A DNA stretch of 64,000 nt from an uncultured Chromatiales bacterium (GTDB taxonomy: Bacteria > Pseudomonadota > Gammaproteobacteria > DATFLL01): NCBI GenBank assembly GCA_964561765.1, contig CAZLQI010000004.1:121585-185584 (forward strand). Direction: 5' to 3'. The translations under genes were made by a program, and so were the position numbers. The notes beneath the pieces were generated by a model. The model did no database searches. It was given only the letters and a program-made list of their open reading frames with translations, and was not told the DNA's origin. The first letter of the stretch is position 1; each line of letters opens with the position of its first letter. This document shows positions 32,004 through 41,942 of the stretch, piece after piece.

Positions 32004-33005
32004 ATGGTACTTCACGTCCAGACCCCAGCACCCAATGATGTGTCAACACCCATTGGTGACAGTCTCAGCACATTGGTTGGTGAGACATTGCAACGCAGCC
32101 TGCGCCTCACTGCGCTACTGCAAACCAGCCTGGACCTGGAAACGGTGTTGGGTGAATTTCACGAATTCGTTCGTGAGTTTATCGACCACGACAGCGCCAG
32201 TTATCATTTTGAGCCAATGGGGGTAACGCTGCAGTTTGGTAAAACAGCACGCCACCAATGCCACTATACGCTGACCCTCAGCGGCGAAGCCCTGGGTGAG
32301 CTTACCCTGAGCCACCACCACCGGTTTACACCGTGTGAACTTGAGATATTCGAAAATCTGCTGTGCGCACTGCTCTATCCCTTGCGCAATGCCTTATTGT
32401 ATCGCCAGGCCCGCGAGGCTGCCCTCATCGACCCACTCACCGGGGCCCATAACCGCGCATCTCTGGACACCACCCTGGCCCATGAAATCGAACTGGCGCA
32501 GCGCCATGACACCCCTCTGTCCCTAATCGCAGTGGATATCGACTACTTCAAGCAGGTCAATGATCGTTACGGGCATGTCACCGGCGATCAGGCGCTCAAG
32601 ACCGTAGTCACATGTATCCGCAGCTGTATCCGTAGCTGTGATGCGTTATATCGTTTCGGCGGTGAGGAATTTGCACTGATACTCAATAATACCGATATGG
32701 AGGGTGCCAGATTGCTCGCCGAGCGTATTCGTCAAAGCGTAGCGCAACACCCCTTCCGGGCGGGTGATGAGTCCTTTGCGCTGACCATCAGCCTGGGCAT
32801 AGCCCGGCTACGACGGGGACAAAATGCCATGGCCTTGTTTCAGGAGGCCGATGCCGCCCTCTATCGCGCCAAAGACAGCGGCCGCAACCGGGTAGCCTGC
32901 AATCAGAAGAGCAGCCCGGCCGATGACCCGGCAACAGATGCGACACGGACCTTATTGCCACCGGTATCCGCGACCGCTGAACAGGACTCGACCCAGCAGG
33001 GTTAA
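32004..33005 (+). CDS. Diguanylate cyclase (N-terminal sensory region plus GGDEF)
   Basis: DPLTGAHNR, DIDYFKQVND, RFGGEEF, and the I-site RSCD five residues upstream. Confidence 0.95.
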   Translation: MVLHVQTPAPNDVSTPIGDSLSTLVGETLQRSLRLTALLQTSLDLETVLGEFHEFVREFIDHDSASYHFEPMGVTLQFGKTARHQCHYTLTLSGEALGELTLSHHHRFTPCELEIFENLLCALLYPLRNALLYRQAREAALIDPLTGAHNRASLDTTLAHEIELAQRHDTPLSLIAVDIDYFKQVNDRYGHVTGDQALKTVVTCIRSCIRSCDALYRFGGEEFALILNNTDMEGARLLAERIRQSVAQHPFRAGDESFALTISLGIARLRRGQNAMALFQEADAALYRAKDSGRNRVACNQKSSPADDPATDATRTLLPPVSATAEQDSTQQG

Positions 33006-33153
33006 CAGGGAGGTATCTCATTGCCCTTGAAGGCATATTCTCGACAATAACAGGCTGTACAGGCATGTTTAGCCTCGATTTATGACCCTGTTCACTGTAT
33101 TTCCCCCTGCTCCTCTACTAAAATTATCGATACGATGAAGAGGGGCCCCCTGG

Positions 33154-33585
33154 ATGGATTATCTCAGCCAGTTCGATAAGATACTGGATGGCAATTACCG
33201 ATTGATCTCTCTTGAGAGCTATGACATCGAGCGGCTCATCGATATGTTCACCCGCCTGAGCCGGTTCACCAACAAGGCCATCTACCAATGGCTCCCCGAA
33301 CAGGGCATGCACCGCATCGGCGCCAGCCACATCGTCATCCCCCGTACCCAGTCGGCCAAGAATGTCCTCGAACATATTGAAGGTACACCGCATTTTGGTG
33401 TCTTTGTACTGCGCGGAGTCAATGCCGCGCTACAGCACCAGGATATCGTCGATCACCTGCTGCAACTGGCCTCCGACACAGGGACACGTAAGGTCGTGAT
33501 CCTCCTCGACGAGTACATCGATCTGCCGGCCGAACTCAAACCCTATACCCTGCGCTCACGCCATCGGTTGCGCCAAGCCAGCTAG
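33154..33585 (+). CDS. Hypothetical protein resembling the degenerate N-terminal domain of Ycf46-type AAA ATPases
   Basis: RLISLESYDIER, IYQW...GMHRIG, VFVLRG, VILL...LPAEL; no Walker A. Confidence 0.6.
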   Translation: MDYLSQFDKILDGNYRLISLESYDIERLIDMFTRLSRFTNKAIYQWLPEQGMHRIGASHIVIPRTQSAKNVLEHIEGTPHFGVFVLRGVNAALQHQDIVDHLLQLASDTGTRKVVILLDEYIDLPAELKPYTLRSRHRLRQAS

Positions 33586-33645
33586 GTCTGCCCCCTTTCT
33601 GGAACGCCCTCCAGCCCTTTTACATCCCCCCTCACACACGGCGCG

Positions 33646-34320
33646 CTATAATGCTCCATCCTGCCGTGATGGGCAACGCGTACGCAGACAACAACCCTGG
33701 CACAGAGGCCGCCTGCTTCGGCATACGTTCTTGGCATGCACCACGATCAAGGCATGGTATTCATTGAACACCTGTACCCGCTGCGGTCCGCTCGCAAAGG
33801 CATCCTCAAATGCGGCGCGCATCGACTCATAGGCCATCGCCGCGTCCAGGAGTACCAGTCGGGCAAACACTCGCCGCGTATAAGCATCAATCACAAACAC
33901 CGGACGCTCGAAGGCATAGAGGATGATATCATCGGCCGTTTCAGGCCCGATACCGTTGACCGATAACAAGCCCTCACGCAATACCGGGAGCGGCAATGCA
34001 CCCAACGCCTCGAGTCCACCCTGTGTCAGATACCAGCGGCAGAAATTGCGTAATCGCCCAGCCTTGACGTTGAAATAGCCGGATGGTTTGAGCCAGTTGG
34101 CCAACCGTTCGGGGCGAACGGCAAGGATCGCCTCCGGTGACAGGGCATGGTATTTGATCAGATTGGCGATTGCCCGTTCAACATTGCGCCAGGCAGTATT
34201 TTGGGTGAGAACGGCCCCGACCATGATCTCGAAAGGCGTATCGCCCGGCCACCAGTCCTGCGGGCCATAGGCCTGATGCAGACGGCGAAATATCGCGCGT
34301 ATGCCTTGCGCAGTGCTCAT
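33646..34320 (-). CDS. Endonuclease III-like HhH-GPD glycosylase with 4Fe-4S cluster
   Basis: GAVLTQNT, NGIGPETAD, VIDAY, C-x6-C-x2-C-x5-C. Confidence 0.9.
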   Translation of the reverse strand: MSTAQGIRAIFRRLHQAYGPQDWWPGDTPFEIMVGAVLTQNTAWRNVERAIANLIKYHALSPEAILAVRPERLANWLKPSGYFNVKAGRLRNFCRWYLTQGGLEALGALPLPVLREGLLSVNGIGPETADDIILYAFERPVFVIDAYTRRVFARLVLLDAAMAYESMRAAFEDAFASGPQRVQVFNEYHALIVVHAKNVCRSRRPLCQGCCLRTRCPSRQDGAL

Positions 34321-35408
34321 TTGCGCGGGGAAGAGTTCCGTCCCGAGCGCCCTTTTTGTGTATGTCCCTGAGCGCCCTTTCCGCGTACGCCATCGCCACG
34401 GCTGGACGCCTTGCGGGGCGCGGTTCGGGTCACAGGTTTTGCCGAGCCATTCCCCGTCTTTGTGCCCGTATTATGGCGCCCTGCGGGGCATCGCCCAGGG
34501 CGTAATTCATCACGTTCGACCATCCGGGGATAACGCTTTGAGATCGGTTTGTCTGCGAGCGCCGGGGCCCGTGACCTGCTCGCCGCACCCGCTGCCTTGC
34601 TGTGTCCCCGCTGTCCGGATCGGGTCACATGCGCTTTTCGGCCCCGCATGCCTTGCGCGGCGACTTCCTTCTCCGGTGTCATGCCCACGCAGTGCAGCAG
34701 GGCTTCGGTTTCCTCGGCACCCAGTTCCTCCCAATGCCCCGCACGCAGGCGCCGTGGTAGCGCCACGGTGGCATAACGCACGCGGATCAGGCGACTGACC
34801 TCGATACCCCGTGCCTCCCATAAACGACGGACCTCCCGATTGCGGCCCTCGCGCAGGGAAACGTGGTACCAGTGATTACTCCCCACACCCCCTCCATCCA
34901 GGATACTGTCGAAATGGGCAAGACCGTCATCCAGTGCAACACCCTTGCGCAGGGCGAGCAGGGTCTCATCCGATGCCTCGCCGCGCACACGCACGGCGTA
35001 TTCACGTTCGACTTTGTGGGAGGGGTGCATCAGCACATTGGCCAACTCGCCATCATTGGTGATCAGGAGCAGGCCCGAGGTGGTGAGATCGAGTCGACCT
35101 ACCGTGATCCAGCGGCCATCGCGCAACCGTGGCAGAGCGGCGAAGATGGTCGCCCGTCCCTCGGGATCGTGTCGAGTGCAGACCTCACCGACCGGCTTGT
35201 GGTAAATCACTATCCGTCGACGCGGGTTGAAACGCTGGCTGGACACGGGTCGCCCATCGACCGTAATACGCACATCCATACGCACCCGATCACCGATCTG
35301 TGCGACCACGCCATTGACACTGACCCGCCCTGCCCGGATCCACTCCTCCAGCATGCGACGTGATCCCAGCCCGACGCGCGCCAGTACTTTTTGCAGTTTC
35401 TCATCCAT
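34317..35408 (-). CDS. rluB: 23S rRNA pseudouridine synthase B
   Basis: S4 domain EKLQKVLA, GRLD, EGRNREVRR; long basic tail. Confidence 0.93.
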   Translation of the reverse strand: MDEKLQKVLARVGLGSRRMLEEWIRAGRVSVNGVVAQIGDRVRMDVRITVDGRPVSSQRFNPRRRIVIYHKPVGEVCTRHDPEGRATIFAALPRLRDGRWITVGRLDLTTSGLLLITNDGELANVLMHPSHKVEREYAVRVRGEASDETLLALRKGVALDDGLAHFDSILDGGGVGSNHWYHVSLREGRNREVRRLWEARGIEVSRLIRVRYATVALPRRLRAGHWEELGAEETEALLHCVGMTPEKEVAAQGMRGRKAHVTRSGQRGHSKAAGAASRSRAPALADKPISKRYPRMVERDELRPGRCPAGRHNTGTKTGNGSAKPVTRTAPRKASSRGDGVRGKGAQGHTQKGRSGRNSSPRK

Positions 35409-35452
35409 CGCTCAAACGCCGGAAAGATCTTGCAGGGAGGCACCGGGACATA

Positions 35453-36451
35453 TCAGCCCTCGGCAGAGGCGGGATCGGGGTGTGACTCGCACTTCGCATC
35501 CTCGGTAGTCGCCTCGACAGAAGATGCCTCAGACTCACAGGCATCCTCCTCTGGCACCGCATCGTAGACAGTGGATTCAATCCTCGCCGCGTCGCCTGGC
35601 GACGATGAGGATGGCATGGAGTCTGCGGACGTGTCGTGCACCTCCCCCGTGGGGTCATCCTCCTCATTGTCCGCCCCATTATCAGCTTCACTCTGTGCGC
35701 CCGTGTTCGCCGTGTCCGGTGTAATCTCATCGGTCACACCCTGGACAAGCATTTCGTCATCGCTCTGCGCACCACTGGCGCACCGCGACGCGTCATCGGC
35801 CTCTGCCGTCGTGTCTGTCGTGTCTGTCGTGTCTGTCGTGTCTGTCGTGTCTGTCGTGTCTGTCGTGTCACCAGACATCGCCGTATCCGGAATCTCCAGC
35901 GCCAGGCTCGCATTGATCTCATCAATATCCCGGATCTCGACCAGCGTGGGCAACGCCTCCAGCGTCTTCAGATTGAAGTAGTCGAGGAACTGGCGCGTGG
36001 TCGCATACATGCCCGGCTTGCCGGGGACATCACGATGCCCCACCACCCGCACCCACTCGCGCTCCTGCAGGGTTTTCATAATGTGTGTACTGACGGTCAC
36101 GCCGCGAATGTCCTCGATCTCGGCGCGCGTGATCGGCTGACGGTAGGCGATCAGGGCGAGCGTCTCGAGCAGGGCACGGGAGTAGCGCGGCGGGCGTTCC
36201 TCCCACAACTGGGACACCCAGGTGGAGAGCGACTGGCGCACCTGATAGCGAAAACCGCTGGCCACCTCCTTGAGCTCCAGCGCCCGCCCCGTGCAGTCCG
36301 TCGCGAGTTGCACCAGGGTATCGCGCACGCGGACCCGTTCCGGGCGTTGTTCCTCAGGAAACAACGCCAGCAACCGATCCAGACTGAGTGGCTCACCGGC
36401 CACCAGCAGCACCCCTTCGATGATCTGTTTGAGTGTCTGTTCGTCTATCAT
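35453..36451 (-). CDS. scpB: SMC-Scp complex subunit ScpB with acidic tail
   Basis: SRALLETLALIAYRQPITRAEIEDIRGV, DVPGKP..YATT..FL.YF. Confidence 0.96.
   Translation of the reverse strand: MIDEQTLKQIIEGVLLVAGEPLSLDRLLALFPEEQRPERVRVRDTLVQLATDCTGRALELKEVASGFRYQVRQSLSTWVSQLWEERPPRYSRALLETLALIAYRQPITRAEIEDIRGVTVSTHIMKTLQEREWVRVVGHRDVPGKPGMYATTRQFLDYFNLKTLEALPTLVEIRDIDEINASLALEIPDTAMSGDTTDTTDTTDTTDTTDTTDTTAEADDASRCASGAQSDDEMLVQGVTDEITPDTANTGAQSEADNGADNEEDDPTGEVHDTSADSMPSSSSPGDAARIESTVYDAVPEEDACESEASSVEATTEDAKCESHPDPASAEG
35808..35870. repeat. Tandem repeat (GTCGTGTCT)x7 encoding (DTT)7 in ScpB
   Basis: Six perfect units plus a seventh ending GTCGTGTCA. Confidence 0.97.
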
Positions 36452-36460
36452 ATCAATCTG

Positions 36461-37348
36461 TCAGCCTTGCCCTTCTTCTGTCACCAGCGCATCGGCCTGC
36501 ACACTCTCCCCGGTGGCCTTCACGTGAATCGCCCCGTAGGGCTCGGTTTGCACCAGTTCGATCAGCGTCTGCTTGAGCAATTCCAGGATAGCCAGCAACG
36601 TGACCACCACCCCGCGCCGTCCCTCTTCTGTAGGGAACAGCGTAGTAAATGCGCTAAATCCATCGACAGTGAGCAGGCCGAGTACATGCGACATACGTTC
36701 GCGCACCGACAGAGGTTCAAACTGCACTTGATGACGGGCAAACAGCTCGGCGCGGCTCATCACCTCTTTCAATGCATCGAGCAGGTCGCGCAACTCGACC
36801 TGAGGCGGCAGTTTCATGACCTTGTGATCCGGTTCCTCGACCTGGACCGGACAGATATCGCGTTCCACGCGCGGCAAGGCATCAATATCCTCGGCCGCCT
36901 GCTTGTAACGTTCGTATTCCTGCAACCGGCGGATGAGTTCAGCGCGCGGGTCTTCCTCTTCGATTTCGCTCTCGGCGGGGCGCGGCAGCAACATACGGGA
37001 TTTGATCTCCGCAAGCATGGCCGCCATCACCAGATATTCCGCTGCCAGTTCCAGATGCAACTCTTTCATCAGCTCGACATACTCGATGTACTGGCGGGTG
37101 ACCTCGGCAACGGGGATATCGAGAATATTGAGGTTCTGGCGTTTGATCAGATACAGCAGCAGGTCAAGTGGCCCCTCGAAGGCCTCGAGAAAGACCTCCA
37201 GTGCATCCGGCGGAATATACAAGTCCAGGGGCAATTCAGTGACGGCCGTCCCCTGCACGATGGCGAACGGCATCTCCCCCTGTGCCGGGCGCAATGTCTC
37301 TGGCGCGAGCGGGATCGGTTGGGTTTGATCCGTCTCGGTGTCAGTCAT
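36461..37348 (-). CDS. scpA: Segregation/condensation protein A
   Basis: FEGPLDLLLYLI, AAEYLVMAA.LAEIKSRMLLP, C-terminal winged helix. Confidence 0.97.
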   Translation of the reverse strand: MTDTETDQTQPIPLAPETLRPAQGEMPFAIVQGTAVTELPLDLYIPPDALEVFLEAFEGPLDLLLYLIKRQNLNILDIPVAEVTRQYIEYVELMKELHLELAAEYLVMAAMLAEIKSRMLLPRPAESEIEEEDPRAELIRRLQEYERYKQAAEDIDALPRVERDICPVQVEEPDHKVMKLPPQVELRDLLDALKEVMSRAELFARHQVQFEPLSVRERMSHVLGLLTVDGFSAFTTLFPTEEGRRGVVVTLLAILELLKQTLIELVQTEPYGAIHVKATGESVQADALVTEEGQG

Positions 37349-37479
37349 GAGTGTGCCGTATCCGGGATCCGCGTCCGATTATTGAAATCATCTGGCTGCC
37401 TCTTGGCACACGGAACCTGTGAACCGGTCACGGAGAAATACTCGATCGATACCCTTTTACCAGCGTCCCGTCAGCACCA

Positions 37480-38697
37480 TCACCGATAAATCAGCCCGAT
37501 CGCCTGGCGCACTTCCTCGAGTGTCAACCGGGCCACATCACGTGCCGCCTCGGAACCCTCGGTGATGATACGTCGTACCTGCACCGGATCAGCAATGTAC
37601 TGTTTTGCACGTTCGCGAATGGGACCCAGTTCGTCCTGGATGGCATCGATCAGCGGCTGCTTGCAGTCCAGACAACCGATGCCCGCAGAGCGACACCCTT
37701 CCACCACCCAAGCCTTGGTCTTATCGTTCGAGTATACCTGATGCAGGTCCCAGACTGGACACTTTTCCGGCTCACCCGGGTCATTGCGCCGTACCCGGGC
37801 GGGGTCTGTCGGCATGGTTCTCAATTTTTGTTCCACCACGCCCGGCTCCTCACGCAAGGCAATGGTGTTACCGTACGATTTGGACATTTTCTGTCCATCC
37901 AGGCCGGGCATTTTGGCCTGAGGTGTCAACAGTGCATCGGGCTCTGGCAGGATGGTCTTGCCGGAGCCTTCCAGATAGCCATACAAGCGCTCCTGGTCGC
38001 CCAGCGTTATGTTCTGCTGCTGGTCCAGCAGGGCACGAGCCGTAGCCAAGGCCTCGTCGTCACCTTGTTCCTGGTAGCGTTTGCGCAGCTCGCGATAAAG
38101 CTTGGCCGACTTCTTGCCCATTTGCCTGAGGGCGGTCTCGATCTTCTCCTCAAAGTCCGGTTCGCGTCCATAAATATGGTTGAAACGACGTGCGATCTCG
38201 CGCGTCAGCTCGACGTGGGCCACCTGATCCTCACCGACCGGCACCAGAGCCGCCTTGTAGGCGAGAATGTCGGCACTCTGCAACAAGGGATAGCCCAGAA
38301 ACCCATAGGTCGCCAGATCACGCCCCTTGAGTTTCTCTTGTTGATCCTTGTAGGTCGGCACGCGCTCCAGCCAGCCCAGCGGGGTGATCATCGACAACAG
38401 CAGATGCAGCTCGGCATGCTCCGGCACCTGGGACTGCAGGAACAGGGTTGCCGCCCCCGGGCTGATGCCGACAGCCAGCCAATCGATGACCATATTCCAG
38501 ACGTTCTGCGACAGGCTGTGTGATTCCTCATAGTGTGTAGTCAGTGCATGCCAGTCAGCGACAAAGAAGAAACACGCGTACTCGTGCTGGAGCTTGATCC
38601 AGTTTTTCAGTACCCCGTGATAGTGTCCCAGATGCAGGGCACCCGTCGGGCGCATGCCCGACAGGACGCGTTGTTTCTGGTTGGGAAGGGGACTCAC
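37480..38697 (-). CDS. trpS: Tryptophan--tRNA ligase (long form)
   Basis: SGMRPTG.LHLGH, YPLLQSADI, VPVGEDQ, KMSKS. Confidence 0.97.
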   Translation of the reverse strand: MSPLPNQKQRVLSGMRPTGALHLGHYHGVLKNWIKLQHEYACFFFVADWHALTTHYEESHSLSQNVWNMVIDWLAVGISPGAATLFLQSQVPEHAELHLLLSMITPLGWLERVPTYKDQQEKLKGRDLATYGFLGYPLLQSADILAYKAALVPVGEDQVAHVELTREIARRFNHIYGREPDFEEKIETALRQMGKKSAKLYRELRKRYQEQGDDEALATARALLDQQQNITLGDQERLYGYLEGSGKTILPEPDALLTPQAKMPGLDGQKMSKSYGNTIALREEPGVVEQKLRTMPTDPARVRRNDPGEPEKCPVWDLHQVYSNDKTKAWVVEGCRSAGIGCLDCKQPLIDAIQDELGPIRERAKQYIADPVQVRRIITEGSEAARDVARLTLEEVRQAIGLIYR

Positions 38698-38728
38698 AGC
38701 GACTCCTTGGATAAAGACACCCAGGGCC

Positions 38729-39403
38729 TCAACTCAGGCCGACAAGGCTGAACAGGCCCTGATTGAAGAAGTCCATCACCGGCCCGATGAAGGTCCACAG
38801 CACCCCCGTGAACATCAGCAACAGCAGGATCATGATGCCGTAGGGCTCAATCCGGTCCACCAGCAGGGCGATATGCGGCGGCAAGATCGAGGTCAGCACA
38901 CGGCCACCGTCGAGCGGCGGAATGGGTACCAAGTTCAGGACCATCAGTAAGACGTTGAGCGTCACGCCAGCGATGCCCATGTAGAACAGAGGCAGAGACA
39001 CCCAGCTCGACTCACCTCCGAGGGCCAGTGCCAGTTTGAGCACCCCCAGCCAGAGGATGGCCATGAGCAGATTGGCACCAGGGCCGGCCAGGGCGACATA
39101 GGCCATGTCTCGGCGCGGGTGGTGCAGGTTGCGCGGGTTGATCGGAACGGGTCGGGCCCAGCCGAACAGAAACAGTGGAGTATGGGCAATCACGCTGACG
39201 GCCACCAGTGCCAATGGCACCAGCACAGTACCGACCGGATCAATGTGTTTCAGCGGATTGAGGGTAATACGCCCCAACATGCGTGCGGTGCCATCACCCA
39301 GACGGTTGGCCATCCAGCCATGTGCCACCTCATGGAGGGTGATCGCGAACAATAGGGGCAAGGCCACCACGGCCACGGTTTGAAGAATGCTCAGATTTTG
39401 CAT
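38729..39403 (-). CDS. Site-2 protease (M50) family protein
   Basis: HEVAH, ALAGP.AN, NLVPIPPLDG. Confidence 0.95.
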   Translation of the reverse strand: MQNLSILQTVAVVALPLLFAITLHEVAHGWMANRLGDGTARMLGRITLNPLKHIDPVGTVLVPLALVAVSVIAHTPLFLFGWARPVPINPRNLHHPRRDMAYVALAGPGANLLMAILWLGVLKLALALGGESSWVSLPLFYMGIAGVTLNVLLMVLNLVPIPPLDGGRVLTSILPPHIALLVDRIEPYGIMILLLLMFTGVLWTFIGPVMDFFNQGLFSLVGLS

Positions 39404-39477
39404 CGTGTGAGTATACCTGCTTTGAGTAGGATGCCGAAAACCGGCGCCTTGCCCGTGACCTCACCTCACCGGCGTGT

Positions 39478-40101
39478 TCAGTCTGCAAATGGCGCGACAT
39501 CGCCCTTGCCCGTACGCACAACCTCAGGGATGTCCCCGGTCATGTCAATCACCGTGGTCGGCTCGATATCGCAGCGCCCGCCATCGATGATCAGATCCAC
39601 CTCATGTTCCAGGGCGTCGCGGATTTCATAGGCGTCCGTCATCGGCAGGCCCTGATCGGGCAGCAACAGCGTCACGCTCATCAGCGGTTCACCCAGTGCC
39701 TTGAGCAGGGCCTGCACCACAGTATTGTCCGGCACCCGCAGACCGATGGTCTTGCGTCGGGGATGTTGCAGACGCCGTGGCACCTCGCGTGTCGCGCGCA
39801 AGATGAAGGTATAGGGCCCCGGAGTCAATGCTTTGAGCTGGCGATAGTCCGGATTGTTGACTCGGGCATACACCGCCAGTTCGGACAGATCGCGGCACAC
39901 CAGGGTGAAATTGTGCCGTTCGTCCAGCTGGCGAATCCGCCGGATACGCTCCATGGCACCCTTGTCACCCAGGTGACAGCCCAGGGCATAGGCCGAGTCT
40001 GTCGGATAGGCGATCACCCCGCCCTGAAGGACGAGTTCGACCGCCTTACCGATCAGCCGTGGCTGTGGGTTATCGGGATGGATCTGGAAAAACTGGCTCA
40101 T
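39478..40101 (-). CDS. yciO: Sua5/YciO/YrdC family protein
   Basis: MSQFFQIHPDNPQ, YPTDSAYALGC, TPGPYTFIL, TIGLRVPD. Confidence 0.93.
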   Translation of the reverse strand: MSQFFQIHPDNPQPRLIGKAVELVLQGGVIAYPTDSAYALGCHLGDKGAMERIRRIRQLDERHNFTLVCRDLSELAVYARVNNPDYRQLKALTPGPYTFILRATREVPRRLQHPRRKTIGLRVPDNTVVQALLKALGEPLMSVTLLLPDQGLPMTDAYEIRDALEHEVDLIIDGGRCDIEPTTVIDMTGDIPEVVRTGKGDVAPFAD

Positions 40102-40187
40102 GACGTGATCAATGTTTGTGGCGTATCCATCTTCACCCGACTGCAGAGGCGCTACAGATATCGCAGATAACAGGCGACACTCACCGG

Positions 40188-41051
40188 TCAGGCCGACAGC
40201 CGTCGCCCCGCTAGCGGGGTCCAAGCGGTCCACACCGCTCGGCATGTCTCGGGCAGCCTGCGCAGGCGGCCGAGTTCGACATAGGGATTCCCTGGTCCGT
40301 GAAAATCCGAGCCACACGAGGCCAGCAGACCGGCCTTCTCTGCGACCACGGCCATGTGGCGCACATCGTTCTCGCAATGACTGCCAGAGACGACCTCAAT
40401 ACCTTCACCCCCGTGCTCGCGAAATTCAGCCAACAGACGACGCAGCCGCGTGGCAGTCAGCCGGTAACGGGCCGGGTGGGCAACCACCGCCTGCCCACCG
40501 GCCCCGCAAATCCAGCCAACCGCCTCCTCCAGAGTGGCCCAATCACCGCTCACATAGCCCGGTCGACCCTTGACCAGATAGCGTTTAAACACGTCCTTGA
40601 ATGACTCGGCATAGCCCTGTTCGACCAGAAAACGGGCAAAATGGGCGCGCCCCAGCGTGGCCCGCCCGGCATGCGCACACGCCCCTTCCCAGGCACCGGC
40701 CACACCGTGCTTTTCCAACCGCCGCGCCATCTCCTCACCCCGCCAGCAACGAAAGGCCTGGAGGCGTTCCAGTCCCGTCTGCAACAGCAGATCCGCCGCA
40801 TCGACATGCAAGCCCACCACATGCACCGTTTGTCGCTCCCAGGTGACGGATATCTCCACTCCGGGCACCAGTTGCAGGCCGTGTGTGTATGCGGCCACCT
40901 GCGCCTCGGCCAACCCTGCGGTCGTATCATGGTCCGTCAGGGCCAGGGTATGGATATTGCGTTGCGCCGCATAAGCCACCAGTGCCGCTGGGCACAGGGT
41001 CCCATCGGAGGCGGTAGAATGGCTGTGCAGATCGTATCCATGGTCAGGCAT
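40188..41051 (-). CDS. PHP-domain phosphoesterase/nuclease (YciV/RNase AM family)
   Basis: DLHSHSTASDG, LTDHD, GVEIS, AHP, GSDFHG. Confidence 0.92.
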   Translation of the reverse strand: MPDHGYDLHSHSTASDGTLCPAALVAYAAQRNIHTLALTDHDTTAGLAEAQVAAYTHGLQLVPGVEISVTWERQTVHVVGLHVDAADLLLQTGLERLQAFRCWRGEEMARRLEKHGVAGAWEGACAHAGRATLGRAHFARFLVEQGYAESFKDVFKRYLVKGRPGYVSGDWATLEEAVGWICGAGGQAVVAHPARYRLTATRLRRLLAEFREHGGEGIEVVSGSHCENDVRHMAVVAEKAGLLASCGSDFHGPGNPYVELGRLRRLPETCRAVWTAWTPLAGRRLSA

Positions 41052-41180
41052 GGTGCTAGTGTACCGCATCCGCCGCGCAGCTGTCCCCGACAGGCTGCGC
41101 ATGTGCTAGAGTATCCGCTGCCTGATTTTCACTCACCCCAATGAACATCCCTAACGCCCGCGAGACGCAGCCAAAGACAC

Positions 41181-41924
41181 ATGCCACATGCCACGCCCAC
41201 TATCGACGACCTTGCCAACGCCATCCAGCGTGCGGCGGCACCCGTTATCGCGGCCTACCAGGCGCGGGGGACCCACCCACCCGATGCCGTCAGTCCCGAA
41301 TTGCTCACCAAGGCCCTGCAACAATTTTGTGATGTGCTGCGCCGCATCGAGACCGATGAACAAAACCGCCCGGACCACGGCGTCGGCGATACGGACATCA
41401 CCGAACTGGCGGATTATGGCCTGGGACTGCTCCAGGATCTCGACCAGTGGGCGGCACAGCTCCAGCAAAGGGCCTCGCACCTGACCATCGATGCCCAGGT
41501 CCTGCCCCTAGCCTTGTGGATAGCCCGCCATGGCGGGACCCTCAACAACCTGGAAACTATCGTCAACACCTTCGCCGCACGCGCCAACCAGACCCTGGAC
41601 ACGGCACAGCTCACCACCCTGTGCACCGAGATGGGAGAGATCATCGCAGCCACCGCACCGGCCATTCGCCAGGATCTTGACAAGACCAATCCCAGTCGCC
41701 CCTGGCGCATCCTCCACCTCAATCGGGGCATCGTGGCGACCCGCTCATATGACCCGGCGCTCATGGAACGGGTCTTCAGCGAATTGAGCACATGCCTGCC
41801 GGACGATGCTGCAGATTTCTTCCGCGAGGGCATGCGCCAGATGGATGATCTGGACTATCCGGTACCAGTGCGTGAAATCATGCAGAACTATCACCGGCGT
41901 TATGCTGTCAAAACCCTTCACTAG
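41181..41924 (+). CDS. Hypothetical alpha-helical protein
   Basis: 247-aa ORF with genome-like codon usage filling the gap before yciB; no motif recognised. Confidence 0.75.
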   Translation: MPHATPTIDDLANAIQRAAAPVIAAYQARGTHPPDAVSPELLTKALQQFCDVLRRIETDEQNRPDHGVGDTDITELADYGLGLLQDLDQWAAQLQQRASHLTIDAQVLPLALWIARHGGTLNNLETIVNTFAARANQTLDTAQLTTLCTEMGEIIAATAPAIRQDLDKTNPSRPWRILHLNRGIVATRSYDPALMERVFSELSTCLPDDAADFFREGMRQMDDLDYPVPVREIMQNYHRRYAVKTLH

Positions 41925-41942
41925 CACGATAACGACGCCACT

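Noticed and set aside
35808-35870. Repeat considered as a CRISPR array
   Set aside because: 9-bp units with no spacers, inside a CDS; no cas genes in the window.
35636-37489. 617-aa plus-strand ORF containing Cys-rich (CRV)n repeats that look like a RiPP or metal-binding peptide
   Set aside because: Antisense shadow of scpB/scpA; the CRV repeat is simply the DTT VNTR read on the other strand.
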